Shown: positions 53,447 through 62,519, numbered from the stretch's first letter. The stretch is DNA of 64,000 nucleotides from Desulfuromonas sp. (GCF_002868845.1 NZ_PKUB01000018.1:45807-109806); one strand, 5' to 3'. A program made the numbers and translations. The notes: generated from the sequence alone by a model not told the origin.

Positions 53447-54013
53447 GTGTCACAGCGAGAACTGATCATTGCCATCGACGGGCCGTCCGGTGCAGGCAAA
53501 AGTACCCTGAGTCGCCTTCTGGCACGGATCCTGGGGTACGTCAACATCGATACCGGCGCCATGTACCGGGCCGTGGCCCTGCAGGCCCACCGGCTGAATG
53601 TTTCCCCGGAGGATGCCGCTGGGCTGGGGCGTCTCTGCGAAGGCCTGCGCATCGAATTCGAACGGAGCGAGGCGGGCGACCGGGTGCTTCTCAATGGTGA
53701 GGATGTTTCCGAGGCCATCCGCACTCCCGAAGTCAGCCTTCTGACCTCCCGGGTCGCGGCTTGCCCATGCGTGCGTACGGCCCTCGTTCGCCTCCAGCGG
53801 TCCCTGGGAGAGCAGGGGGGGGTGGTTCTTGAGGGAAGGGATATCGGCACGGTCGTCTTTCCCCGGGCCGAAGCTAAATTCTTTCTCCTCGCCTCCGCCC
53901 GGGAGCGGGGACACCGGCGTTACCTGGAACTGAAGGAGAAGGGGCTGGTGGTCGACCTGGAACAGACCATCGCCGAGGTGGAAGAACGCGATGCAGCCGA
54001 CGGAGCTCGGTAG
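53447..54013 (+). CDS. cmk: cytidylate kinase, interrupted by in-frame TAG at 54011-54013
   Basis: IIAIDGPSGAGKST.SR.LA..LGY...DTGAMYRAVAL.......V.L.G.DVS..IRT.EV....S.VA....VR..LV..QR......GVV.EGRDIGTVVFP.AE.KFFL.AS...R..RR...L...G.......I..V.ERD..D. The ORF stops ~50 codons short of the family C-terminus. Confidence 0.88.
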   Translation: MSQRELIIAIDGPSGAGKSTLSRLLARILGYVNIDTGAMYRAVALQAHRLNVSPEDAAGLGRLCEGLRIEFERSEAGDRVLLNGEDVSEAIRTPEVSLLTSRVAACPCVRTALVRLQRSLGEQGGVVLEGRDIGTVVFPRAEAKFFLLASARERGHRRYLELKEKGLVVDLEQTIAEVEERDAADGAR

Positions 54014-54163
54014 CATTCGCCTCTTCTGCAGGCCGAGGACGCCGTCGCTATCGACTCCACCGGTCTGAGTATCGAACAGGTTCTGGAGGAGATGCTGCAG
54101 GTGGTGCGCGCGCGGCGTCGCCATTCGGGATTGCCCGATATGCCCAGGGGGAGCACGGTTTGA
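54014..54163 (+). other. cmk: in-frame continuation of cmk after the TAG (conserved C-terminal region)
   Basis: The same frame reads HSPLLQAEDAVAIDSTGLSIEQVLEEMLQVVRARRRHSGLPDMPRGSTV, then TGA at 54161-54163. This matches the Cmk pattern SPL..A.DA..IDST.LSIE.V. The TGA overlaps the ispH TTG start (TTGA). Confidence 0.8.
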
Positions 54164-55002
54164 AGATCCTCCTTGCCAAGAGCGCCGGGTTTTGCTTTGG
54201 GGTCAAGAGGGCCATTAATATGGCTTACGAGGCTACCGAGAAGCATGAACATCTTTGCTCTCTGGGGCCGATTATACACTCTCCCCAGGTCGTGGAAAAA
54301 CTCCGGGAGAAGGGGGTGCGGGATGTTGAGTCTCTTGAGGAAGGTACCGAAGGTGCGGTCATCGTGCGCTCTCACGGGGTCACCGCACAAGAGTTGAGAA
54401 AGGCCCGCTCCTTCGAGCTGGAGATTGTCGATGCCACATGCCCCTTCGTCAAGAAGGCGCAGGAACATGCCGCCTCTTTGAACCGCGAGGGTTACGCCGT
54501 GGTTCTGGTCGGGGAAGAAGAGCATCCCGAGGTTCAGGGTATCCTCTCCTACGCCGAAGGCGGGGGAGAGGTCTTCGTCGTGGCCGACCGGAAGCAGGCG
54601 GAGGGGCTTCCACGGAAGAAACGGTTGGGGGTGGTTGCCCAGACCACCCAGTCTCTCGACAACCTGCGGCAGGTGGTGGAGGTCTGCTTGGAGAAAAGCC
54701 AGGAGTTGAGGGTTTTTAACACCATTTGCGACGCCACCGCCCTGCGGCAGGACGAGGCCCAGGCCATCGCCCGGCAGGTCGAGGTCATGCTGGTTCTCGG
54801 CGGCTACAACAGTGCCAATACCAACCGTCTTGCTGAGATCTGCCTGAATATCCAGCCGCGGACCCACCATGTGGAGACCGCCGCCGAGATCGATCCAGAC
54901 TGGTTCCATGGGGTCGAATCGGTCGGAATTACCGCCGGTGCCTCCACTCCCCTGTGGATTATCGATGAGGTTTTGGAAAAGGTTCGTTTTCGGGGAAAAT
55001 AA
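54160..55002 (+). CDS. ispH: 4-hydroxy-3-methylbut-2-enyl diphosphate reductase
   Basis: TTG start. KILLAKSAGFCFGVKRAI........GPIIH...V...L...GV.......V..R.HGV.......DATCP.V.K......GY.VV..G...HPEV.G... Confidence 0.92.
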   Translation: MKILLAKSAGFCFGVKRAINMAYEATEKHEHLCSLGPIIHSPQVVEKLREKGVRDVESLEEGTEGAVIVRSHGVTAQELRKARSFELEIVDATCPFVKKAQEHAASLNREGYAVVLVGEEEHPEVQGILSYAEGGGEVFVVADRKQAEGLPRKKRLGVVAQTTQSLDNLRQVVEVCLEKSQELRVFNTICDATALRQDEAQAIARQVEVMLVLGGYNSANTNRLAEICLNIQPRTHHVETAAEIDPDWFHGVESVGITAGASTPLWIIDEVLEKVRFRGK

Positions 55003-55103
55003 AGGTTTGTTTTTTAAAAAATTTATGTTATCGTCCCGCTTCATGGCTAAAAGCCATAACCTGCCGGGACACGGCAGGAAAATCGCTAGGGGGTAGGTTC
55101 TTA

Positions 55104-56852
55104 ATGGTGGAAAACAACGAAACAATCAACGAAGAAAACGAAGAAGAATCCATGGACATGGAAGAGATGGACATGGAGGAGATGGAAATGAGCTTCGAGG
55201 ACATGCTTGAGAGCGGTCTCAAGGAGCTCAAGGCCGGCAACGTGGTCAAAGGGACCATTGTGCAGGTCAACCCCGATTCGGTGGTCGTCGATGTCGGCGG
55301 CAAATCCGAAGGGGTGATCCCCTCCAATGAGTTCCGCATTGAAGATAAGCAGCTGGAACTCAAAGTCGGCGACGAATTCGACGTCCTGATCGAGCGCACC
55401 GAGAATGAAAGTGGGCTGATCAGTCTCTCCAAGGAAAAGGCCGACCGGCAAAAGGTCTGGAACACCCTCGAGGAGGGGGCCAACGTGGAGGGCCGGATCG
55501 TTTCCCGCATCAAGGGCGGGCTTTCCGTCGACATCGGCGTCAACGCTTTTCTGCCCGGTTCCCAGGTGGACCTTCGCCCGGTTCGCAATCTGGAGAAGAT
55601 GCTGGGGCAGAATTTCGAGTTCAAGATCATCAAGCTCAACAAGCGGCGCGGAAACATCGTCCTCTCGAGGCGCATCCTTCTGGAAGAACAGCGGGAGAGC
55701 CAGCGTTCCGATACGCTCAAGACTCTCGAAGAGGGGCAGACGGTCGAAGGGGTCGTTAAAAACCTCACCGACTACGGTGCGTTTATCGACCTCGGCGGGA
55801 TCGACGGCTTGCTGCACATCACCGATATGTCCTGGGGGCGGGTCACCCATCCTTCGGATATCCTTTCCGTCGGCGATAAGATCAACGTCAAGGTCCTCAA
55901 GTTCGACCGTGAAAAGGAGCGCGTCTCCCTCGGCCTGAAACAGATCGCGCCCGATCCTTGGCTGGAGGTCGAAGCGAAGTTCCCCGTCGGCTCCAGGGTC
56001 AATGGCAAGGTCGTCAGTCTGACCGATTACGGCTCTTTCGTCGAGCTCGAAGAGGGTGTCGAGGGCCTGATCCACGTCTCGGAAATGAGCTGGACCAAGC
56101 GGATCAAGCATCCCAACAAGACCCTGAGCATCGGCGACGAGATCGAGTCCGTTGTGCTGGCTCTCGATGTGCCCAATCGGCGCATCTCTCTCGGCCTCAA
56201 GCAGATCGAACCCAATCCCTGGGAGGTCATCGGGGAGAAGTTCCCGATCGGCACGGTCATCGAGGGACAGGTCAAGAATATCACCGATTTCGGTATCTTT
56301 GTCGGCGTCGACGAGGGCATCGATGGTCTGGTCCACATCTCCGACCTTTCGTGGGTTAAGCGGATCAAGCACCCTTCCGAACTCTACAAGAAGGGGGATC
56401 TTGTCAAGGCCGCCGTGCTCAATATCGATCGCGAAAACGAGCGCTTCTCCCTCGGGATCAAGCAGTTGACCCCTGATCCCTGGGAAGCGATTCCGAACCG
56501 ATTCGCACCCGGAACCATCCTCCGCGGCAAGGTGACCTCGGTTACCGATTTTGGGATTTTCCTCGAGGTTGAGGAGGGGATCGAGGGTCTGATCCACGTC
56601 TCCGAAATCAGCAAGGAGAAGATCGATACTCCCAAGAGCTTCGCCAATGTTGGGGACGATCTCGAGGCCGTCGTGTTGAACGTCGATACGGTTGATCGCA
56701 AGATCGCACTTTCCATCAAGCACCTCTCCGATCAGAAGGAGAAGGCCGAAGTGGACGCCTTCCTTGGCGCGCAGAAGAGCGCCACCTCCAATCTTGGAGC
56801 CCTGCTGCAGGGTGCCATGGATAAGGAAAGCGGCAAGAAGGACGAAGAGTAA
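55104..56852 (+). CDS. rpsA: 30S ribosomal protein S1 (six S1 domains) with acidic Met/Glu-rich N-terminal extension
   Basis: Repeated S1-domain units are present (G.VV.G.V........VD.G.K.EG.I...E; GL.HIS..SW.....P......GD...V.VL..D.E..R.SLG.KQ). Confidence 0.95.
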   Translation: MVENNETINEENEEESMDMEEMDMEEMEMSFEDMLESGLKELKAGNVVKGTIVQVNPDSVVVDVGGKSEGVIPSNEFRIEDKQLELKVGDEFDVLIERTENESGLISLSKEKADRQKVWNTLEEGANVEGRIVSRIKGGLSVDIGVNAFLPGSQVDLRPVRNLEKMLGQNFEFKIIKLNKRRGNIVLSRRILLEEQRESQRSDTLKTLEEGQTVEGVVKNLTDYGAFIDLGGIDGLLHITDMSWGRVTHPSDILSVGDKINVKVLKFDREKERVSLGLKQIAPDPWLEVEAKFPVGSRVNGKVVSLTDYGSFVELEEGVEGLIHVSEMSWTKRIKHPNKTLSIGDEIESVVLALDVPNRRISLGLKQIEPNPWEVIGEKFPIGTVIEGQVKNITDFGIFVGVDEGIDGLVHISDLSWVKRIKHPSELYKKGDLVKAAVLNIDRENERFSLGIKQLTPDPWEAIPNRFAPGTILRGKVTSVTDFGIFLEVEEGIEGLIHVSEISKEKIDTPKSFANVGDDLEAVVLNVDTVDRKIALSIKHLSDQKEKAEVDAFLGAQKSATSNLGALLQGAMDKESGKKDEE

Positions 56853-56868
56853 TCCTGTCCTAACTCTG

Positions 56869-56903
56869 GGGCCCCCGTGGGACCGTCCACGGGGGCCCTT
56901 TTT
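56869..56903 (+). terminator. intrinsic terminator after rpsA
   Basis: 12-bp stem GGGCCCCCGTGG / CCACGGGGGCCC with loop GACCGT, then TTTTT. Confidence 0.8.
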
Positions 56904-56918
56904 CTTGGCCTTGCCCCC

Positions 56919-57809
56919 ATGAAAAAGAGACCCTTCCTGATGGCCCTGGCGCTCCTTGGCGCCATCTTTTTGTTTTTCCTAGTTCTCATTTACCTTCTTG
57001 CCGGTTTCATGGGGCGGACGACGAGCTTCCCTTTGGGTGAGAAAGTCGGGGTGGTCGAGGTCCTTGGGGTAATTACGTCCTCGAAGAAAACCATCGAACA
57101 CCTGAATCAATTCAAAAAGGACGATTCGGTTAAGGCCATCGTTCTGCGCATCGAATCTCCCGGCGGCGGGGTCGGACCCTCTCAGGAGATCCACGATGAG
57201 GTTCGTAAGCTTGCTGAGGTCAAGCCCGTCGTCGTTTCGATGGGGTCTGTTGGCGCTTCGGGAGGTTACTATGTAGCGGTTCCCGCCCGGCGCATATTTG
57301 CCAATGCGGGGACCATCACAGGCAGTATCGGTGTCATCATGGAGTTCACCAGTGTTCAGGAGCTCCTTGGGAAAATCGGTCTGAGCAGTCAGGTTGTCAA
57401 GAGTGGCCAGCACAAAGACATCGGATCACCTCTGAGAGAAATGACTGAAGAGGACCGCACCATCCTTCAGGGGGTCATTGACGACGTGCATGTGCAATTC
57501 GTACATGCCGTCGCCGAGGGGCGTGGTCTTCCCGTTGAGGAAGTCGCATCCCTCGCCGATGGACGCATCTTTACCGGCAGGCAGGCGATGGAAGCTGGCC
57601 TGGTCGATGACCTTGGCAACATGCAGGATGCCGTAGTGGCGGCCGCAGAGTATGCCGGTCTGGACGGGGAGCCGAGAATCGTCTATCCCCCGAAGGACAA
57701 GGGGGAGGTTCTGGAATATTTCATCCAGGAGGCCGTCAGCGGTTTCGGGCGCGGCCTTCAGGAACGAACGGGAACGGGTCTGCAGTTTCTTTGGCCCGGA
57801 GTTGAATAG
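56919..57809 (+). CDS. sppA: signal peptide peptidase SppA, 36K type (S49 family)
   Basis: MKKRPFLMALALLGAIFLFFLVLI (TM), then ....D..VKAIVLRI.SPGG.V..S.EI......L.....PVV.SMG...ASGGYY.A......A...T.TGSIGV. ATG 56919 is used because the track start at 56877 lies inside the rpsA terminator. Confidence 0.88.
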   Translation: MKKRPFLMALALLGAIFLFFLVLIYLLAGFMGRTTSFPLGEKVGVVEVLGVITSSKKTIEHLNQFKKDDSVKAIVLRIESPGGGVGPSQEIHDEVRKLAEVKPVVVSMGSVGASGGYYVAVPARRIFANAGTITGSIGVIMEFTSVQELLGKIGLSSQVVKSGQHKDIGSPLREMTEEDRTILQGVIDDVHVQFVHAVAEGRGLPVEEVASLADGRIFTGRQAMEAGLVDDLGNMQDAVVAAAEYAGLDGEPRIVYPPKDKGEVLEYFIQEAVSGFGRGLQERTGTGLQFLWPGVE

Positions 57810-57828
57810 TGCAGGAGGATCGAGTCCG

Positions 57829-58107
57829 ATGACGAAAAGTGAACTAGTGGAGCGGCTTTCGCTATCCAATGACGAGTTAAACAAAAAAGAGGCCGAGCTG
57901 GTGGTCAATACGATCTTCGACAGTATCGGCAATGCCCTGGTGGGTGGGGACCGGGTCGAGATCCGGGGCTTCGGGTACTTTAGCATTCGGCTTCGGGATG
58001 CCCGGGAAGCCAGAAACCCCAAGAGCGGGGAGGTCGTCAAGATCCCGAGGAAGAAAACCCCTTTCTTCAAGACCGGCAAAGAACTTCGGGAAAGAGTTAA
58101 CAGCTAA
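57829..58107 (+). CDS. ihfB: integration host factor subunit beta (HU/IHF family)
   Basis: MTKSELVERLS.......K.E..V..IF.....AL..G.RVEIRGFG.FS.R.R..R..RNPK.GE.V.IP.K..P.FK.GKELRERV. ATG 57829 is preceded by AGGAGGA. Confidence 0.85.
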   Translation: MTKSELVERLSLSNDELNKKEAELVVNTIFDSIGNALVGGDRVEIRGFGYFSIRLRDAREARNPKSGEVVKIPRKKTPFFKTGKELRERVNS

Positions 58108-58149
58108 AGTTCTTCCTGGCCGAACCTCGCAGCCTTTTCGGAGGGCCAC

Positions 58150-58533
58150 ATGGATCTCAAAACCCATCCGTCCATTTCGGCCCAATGGGTCGGCGAACCG
58201 GTGGAACTCGCTCCCAGGAGGGCTGTGGCCCGTCTTCAGACACGGCAGGAGATGTGCGCGGACGGCAGAGGACTGGTACACGGAGGGTTCGCTTTTGGCC
58301 TGGCAGACTATGCGGCCATGCTGGCAGTCAACGACCCTCATGTCGTTCTCGGCGCAGCAGAGGTGAAATTCCTTGCACCTGTTCGTTGCGGGGAAACCCT
58401 TACGGCGCGAGCTCAAGTCGAGGAGAAGAACGGAAAGAAGCGCCTGGTGACCTGCTCCGTGACTTCCGACCGGGAGGTTTTTGTCGGGACGTTTACCTGT
58501 TTCGTCCTTCCGGGGCATGTGTTGGACCAGTGA
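58150..58533 (+). CDS. PaaI-family hotdog-fold thioesterase
   Basis: 127 aa. ......G.VHGG..F.LAD.A.......... is the typical hotdog thioesterase core. Confidence 0.7.
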   Translation: MDLKTHPSISAQWVGEPVELAPRRAVARLQTRQEMCADGRGLVHGGFAFGLADYAAMLAVNDPHVVLGAAEVKFLAPVRCGETLTARAQVEEKNGKKRLVTCSVTSDREVFVGTFTCFVLPGHVLDQ

Positions 58534-58590
58534 GCGGGATTTTCCTTTAACCTTTACATAGAACCCCCGGTTTCGCAGGACCAAGGAAAA

Positions 58591-58626
58591 CGCAGAGGCC
58601 CCGTCCGATTGGACGGGGCCTCTGCG
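58591..58626. terminator. strong 16-bp hairpin (terminator-like; U-tract better on the - strand)
   Basis: CGCAGAGGCCCCGTCC / GGACGGGGCCTCTGCG with loop GATT. The + strand downstream is TTGAAAAAA. The - strand downstream is TTTTCCTTGG. Confidence 0.55.
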
Positions 58627-59237
58627 TTGAAAAAACAATTGGCATTGCGGGTCCAGTGTTTTCTATCCTGTGGTGGAGTCTACTCGAAGGCCCCGGTAAC
58701 AGATCATGATCGATCTGTTCCGGTAGCGTATCTTTCGTTTCCGACCCTTGGGGAGATTCATGTTGCTCTCTCCCTGCGGATAGAAGGGTTTTACAAGGTA
58801 TGCCGGGCCACGCAATGCCAATTTCAATTTCGCTCCGGGATGCCGTTCTCCTTCTTGCGGTTTTGACCTTGAATTTATCGTCTGCCTCTGAAAATCACTT
58901 CAGGCGTCCCACTCGGAGGTGGGCTGGCTCACCGCGATTTTGGCCGAGGTCTCAAGCTTGCGGTCTGTTGGTCAACCCCCCAAGGCCGCAAATCGAACAT
59001 CCCAGAGAATGTCAAAGAGCTTTTTGATTGAACTTGATTTCATGGTAGCATATGCGCAGATTCTGTCAAAGGGGCCCGTGAGTTTTTTTGATGGTCCCTT
59101 TCGAAGTCCCGCCTTCCGCCAGCAGTAATATGTCACGTATCCAACCATGGCGATGGGAATCGTGATCCACTTGTCTGGTCGAGGTGCTTGAACCCCTGGG
59201 GGACTTTTGCTTGACTTTTCTTCGAAGGAACGGATCG

Positions 59238-60155
59238 GTGGCAAAAAGCCGTTATCTATTTTTTCCAGATCACGATGACGCGGGGACGCGTCTCGACCAA
59301 TTCCTTTTTCTCAGCATGAAGGACCTCTCCCGCACCGTCCTGCGAAAGGTGATCGACTTGGGTGGGGTGCATGTGGGAGGTCGTCGCCTGCGGCGCTGCT
59401 CTTACCCGGTCAAAAAGGGCGAGAAGGTGGAAGTCTTTCTGGATAGCGGTCCCTTGGACGCCTTTTCTCTGTCGGAGAAGGACATTGTATTCAGGGACCC
59501 GTACCTCCTTGCCCTCGCCAAGCCCTCCGGAGTTGAAACCCAGCCAACGCCGGCCCGTTATCGGGGTACCCTCTACGAGGCCCTGTTGCGTTTTTTGCAC
59601 AATCCCTATCGTCCTCATGACCGACCGGAACTCGGGATGGTGCAGCGACTCGACCGTGAGACTTCGGGAATCATGGTCTTTTCCATACATCCCAGGGCCC
59701 ATCGGGGATTGACGGGGACATTTTCCGAACGGCGGGTCCACAAGGTCTATCTGGCCCTGGTGGCAGGATGCCCCGAACCGAAACAGGGGGAGTTCCGATC
59801 CCTGTTGGCGCGTAAACGATCGACCAACCTCATGACGTCCGTGGAAAAAGGGGGAAAAGAGGCCATCACACGATACCGGGTTGTCGAGGGGGGGGCCGAA
59901 GCCTCCCTGGTTGAGGTGGAAATCCTTACCGGCCGTTCACACCAGATCCGAGTTCATTTCGCCGAAGCGGGCCATCCCATCCTTGGAGATACGCGCTACG
60001 GTGGCACTCGACGCCTGGGTGAGCACGAGGTCCCCCGGCAGATGCTCCATGCCTGGCGTCTCGATTTCCGCCACCCGGTGGGGGAGGAAAAACTAGAACT
60101 GGAGGCATCTCCTCCGGAGGACATGGCAAGGCTCATGCGCGCGCTGGGCGGCTAG
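59238..60155 (+). CDS. RluA-family 23S rRNA/tRNA pseudouridine synthase (RluD/RluC-like, S4 domain)
   Basis: S4-like RLDQFL......SR..L.K.I..G.V.V.G, then the catalytic block HRLDRETSG..VF and GRSHQIRVH.A..GHPILGD..YG. The start is uncertain (GTG 59238 or TTG 59184). Confidence 0.85.
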   Translation: MAKSRYLFFPDHDDAGTRLDQFLFLSMKDLSRTVLRKVIDLGGVHVGGRRLRRCSYPVKKGEKVEVFLDSGPLDAFSLSEKDIVFRDPYLLALAKPSGVETQPTPARYRGTLYEALLRFLHNPYRPHDRPELGMVQRLDRETSGIMVFSIHPRAHRGLTGTFSERRVHKVYLALVAGCPEPKQGEFRSLLARKRSTNLMTSVEKGGKEAITRYRVVEGGAEASLVEVEILTGRSHQIRVHFAEAGHPILGDTRYGGTRRLGEHEVPRQMLHAWRLDFRHPVGEEKLELEASPPEDMARLMRALGG

Positions 60156-60232
60156 CCATTCGACTGCGATTTCAGCAGGGGGCTTCGGACGGCCTTCCCT
60201 GCATTTTCTAAAATGGACAATCGAGGATCTCC

Positions 60233-61018
60233 ATGCTGACTTATCCCCAGATCGATCCGGTCATTTTTCACCTCGGCCCCCTCGCCGTTCGCTGGTACGG
60301 TTTCATGTACCTGGTGGGCTTCGTGGCGGGGTATTTCATTATCCGGCGTCTGGCCCGCCTTAGGAATCTTCCCCTGAAGGGGGAGGAGCTGTCCGACCTG
60401 CTGTTCTATGCCGTACTCGGTGTTATTCTCGGGGCGCGCCTGGGGTATACCCTGATCTACAACCTTTCTTATTACCTTCAGCACCCCCTGGAGATTTTCG
60501 CCGTTTGGGAAGGTGGGATGAGTTTTCATGGTGGCCTGATCGGCGTCATCGTGGGGACGATTCTCTTTTGCCGGAAAAAGGGGCTGCCGATCCTGCTGAC
60601 CGGGGACATTCTTGTCAGCGCAGCACCCATCGGACTGGGGTGCGGACGGATTGGAAACTTCATCAACGGCGAGTTGTGGGGACGGGTAACGGACGTTCCC
60701 TGGGGAATGGTCTTCCCGGGCGCAGGGGCTGCTCCCCGGCATCCAAGCCAGCTTTACGAGGCGTTTCTCGAGGGCGGGGTCCTGTTCCTGATTCTCTGGA
60801 TTCTTCAACATCGCAAGGTGCCCGCGGGTGTCCCTATGGCCGCGTTTTTCCTCTTCTACGGAGTTTTCCGTTTTTCCGTCGAATTTTTCCGTCAGCCCGA
60901 CGCCCACCTCGGGTTTCTCTGGGCCGGGGCCTCCATGGGCCAATTGCTGTCGCTGCCGATGATCCTTCTCGGGATTGCGGGGATCGTTGTTTTCGCGCGT
61001 CGGGGGAAAAAGGGATGA
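60233..61018 (+). CDS. lgt: prolipoprotein diacylglyceryl transferase
   Basis: P.IDPV.F.LGP...RWYG.MYL.GF.....................GGR.GY............W.GGMSFHGG..G......GR.GNF.NGEL.GR......WGMVFP.......RHPSQLYE...EG. Confidence 0.93.
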   Translation: MLTYPQIDPVIFHLGPLAVRWYGFMYLVGFVAGYFIIRRLARLRNLPLKGEELSDLLFYAVLGVILGARLGYTLIYNLSYYLQHPLEIFAVWEGGMSFHGGLIGVIVGTILFCRKKGLPILLTGDILVSAAPIGLGCGRIGNFINGELWGRVTDVPWGMVFPGAGAAPRHPSQLYEAFLEGGVLFLILWILQHRKVPAGVPMAAFFLFYGVFRFSVEFFRQPDAHLGFLWAGASMGQLLSLPMILLGIAGIVVFARRGKKG

Positions 61019-61635
61019 AAGGGATTCGCGGGGTCATTTTTGACTGCGACGGGGTTCTCTTCGAGAGCCGGCGGGCCAACCTCGCCTATTACAATGCCAT
61101 TTTTGAGCATTTGGGCGAGGCTCCGGTCCGCTCAGCGGACCGTGAGAAGGCCCATCTCTGTCACACAGCGGCGAGTCCGCAGGTCTTCGAGACTCTCCTC
61201 GGGCCGGAACGGCGCAAGGATGCCCTGGCTTTTGCCGCGGGCCTCGATTACCGGACCTTTATTCCCTACATGACTCCAGAGCCCGGGATGGTCGAGAGTC
61301 TGGCCGCCCTGTCACGGTTCCTGCCCCTCGCCGTGGCCACCAACCGGGGCACCAGCATGCCTGAAATTCTGGCCCATTTCGACCTGACCCGGTTCTTTCG
61401 CGCCGTGGTGACGAGTCGCGACGTGGCCCGGCCGAAGCCGCATCCCGACATGCTCCACTTGGCGGCAAGGCAACTGGGCCTTCCGGAAAGTTCTCTGTTG
61501 TTCGTCGGTGATTCGGAACTGGACCGCGATGCCGCCGGCGAGGCAGGGATCTGTTTCGCAGCCTATCAAGGTGGGGTGGACGGCGACGTCAGGATAGACC
61601 ATCACCAGGACCTGGTGAGGATGCTGGAGGGGTAA
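61015..61635 (+). CDS. HAD-IA family hydrolase (phosphoglycolate phosphatase-like)
   Basis: Motif I is VIFDCDGVLFES. Motif II is the T in VATN. Motifs III/IV are KP.P......VGDS..D. The ATGA overlaps the lgt stop. The track ORF 60505.. is an out-of-frame run-on through lgt. Confidence 0.85.
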   Translation: MKGIRGVIFDCDGVLFESRRANLAYYNAIFEHLGEAPVRSADREKAHLCHTAASPQVFETLLGPERRKDALAFAAGLDYRTFIPYMTPEPGMVESLAALSRFLPLAVATNRGTSMPEILAHFDLTRFFRAVVTSRDVARPKPHPDMLHLAARQLGLPESSLLFVGDSELDRDAAGEAGICFAAYQGGVDGDVRIDHHQDLVRMLEG

Positions 61636-61671
61636 AACGGTCTATTGACAATCGGGGTCGGGTCCGGGGGG

Positions 61672-62094
61672 CTACTGGAGTGATTTTTTCATTTCCAGGA
61701 CATGCCCCCCTTTGTATTTCCGATAGCTTACCTGGTCCATGAGGGAACGGATGATATAGACACCGCGCCCCCTCTCGTTGAGCCCCTTGATGTCCGGGCC
61801 CGGCAGGGTGCCGATGTCGAAGCCCCGGCCCTGATCGTAGACTTTGATGTTCAAAATCCTGTCCAGAATGCGGATCGTAATGCGGACCTCTTTTTCCGGA
61901 TCGTCCAGGTTGGCGTGGCGGATGGCGTTGGCCATGGCTTCGGTCAGGACCAGGTTGATGTGATAGGCCAGTTCCTCCCGGTCGCCCTTGTACCTCTTCA
62001 GGGTCCGGGCGATATCCTCCCCGATCTTCCCGATGAGGCTCAGGTAGCGGGTTTGGTTGGGAACTTTGATGGTCACTTCGATCTTGTCAGGCAT
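61672..62094 (-). CDS. anti-sigma regulatory factor / Ser-Thr kinase (RsbW/SpoIIAB-like, HATPase_c)
   Basis: 140 aa. The N-box is EA..NAI.HA and the G1 box is D.G.GFD. It lies downstream of a STAS gene. Confidence 0.8.
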   Translation of the reverse strand: MPDKIEVTIKVPNQTRYLSLIGKIGEDIARTLKRYKGDREELAYHINLVLTEAMANAIRHANLDDPEKEVRITIRILDRILNIKVYDQGRGFDIGTLPGPDIKGLNERGRGVYIIRSLMDQVSYRKYKGGHVLEMKKSLQ

Positions 62095-62183
62095 ATGCTC
62101 CCCGAGGGTAGATGGATTCCTGGGGTGGTCACAATAGCGGCCGAAGCGGTTGCGGCCCGGTCAGGAACGGTCTGCAGCAGGTC

Positions 62184-62519
62184 CTAAAAACTGGCAAACG
62201 CCTCTTCGGCATCGGGAAATATTTCAAAGACCCGGTGCAAACGCGTGAGTTCGAACATTGACTTGACTTGAGGTTGAAGGTTGCAGAGCTTGAGGTTTCC
62301 GCTCCGGGCGCTTGCGTTTTTAAACCCCGAAACCAGAGCACCCAGGCCCGACGAGTCGATGAAGCGCACTTCCTTGAGATCGATGATGATGTCGTTTTTG
62401 CCTTCCTCGAAAAGGTTCAGCATCTGAGCCTTCAACTCTCCGCTGTTGTGGGCGTCCAACCGTTCCTCCTTGACTTCGATCAGAACCACAGAGCCTTTTT
62501 CTTCGATGCGCACAATCAT
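62184..62519 (-). CDS. anti-sigma factor antagonist (STAS domain, RsbV/SpoIIAA-like)
   Basis: 111 aa. L....RLDA.N...L...........II.DL..V.FIDSSGLGALV, with the phosphorylatable Ser in DSSG. Confidence 0.85.
   Translation of the reverse strand: MIVRIEEKGSVVLIEVKEERLDAHNSGELKAQMLNLFEEGKNDIIIDLKEVRFIDSSGLGALVSGFKNASARSGNLKLCNLQPQVKSMFELTRLHRVFEIFPDAEEAFASF

Noticed and set aside
58663-59244. Selenocysteine decoding of the two in-frame TGA codons in the minus-strand frame
   Set aside because: There is no redox-type motif around either TGA. No obvious SECIS-like hairpin lies immediately downstream of them. No family similarity was seen, and the codon usage is atypical. Decay or chance is more likely.
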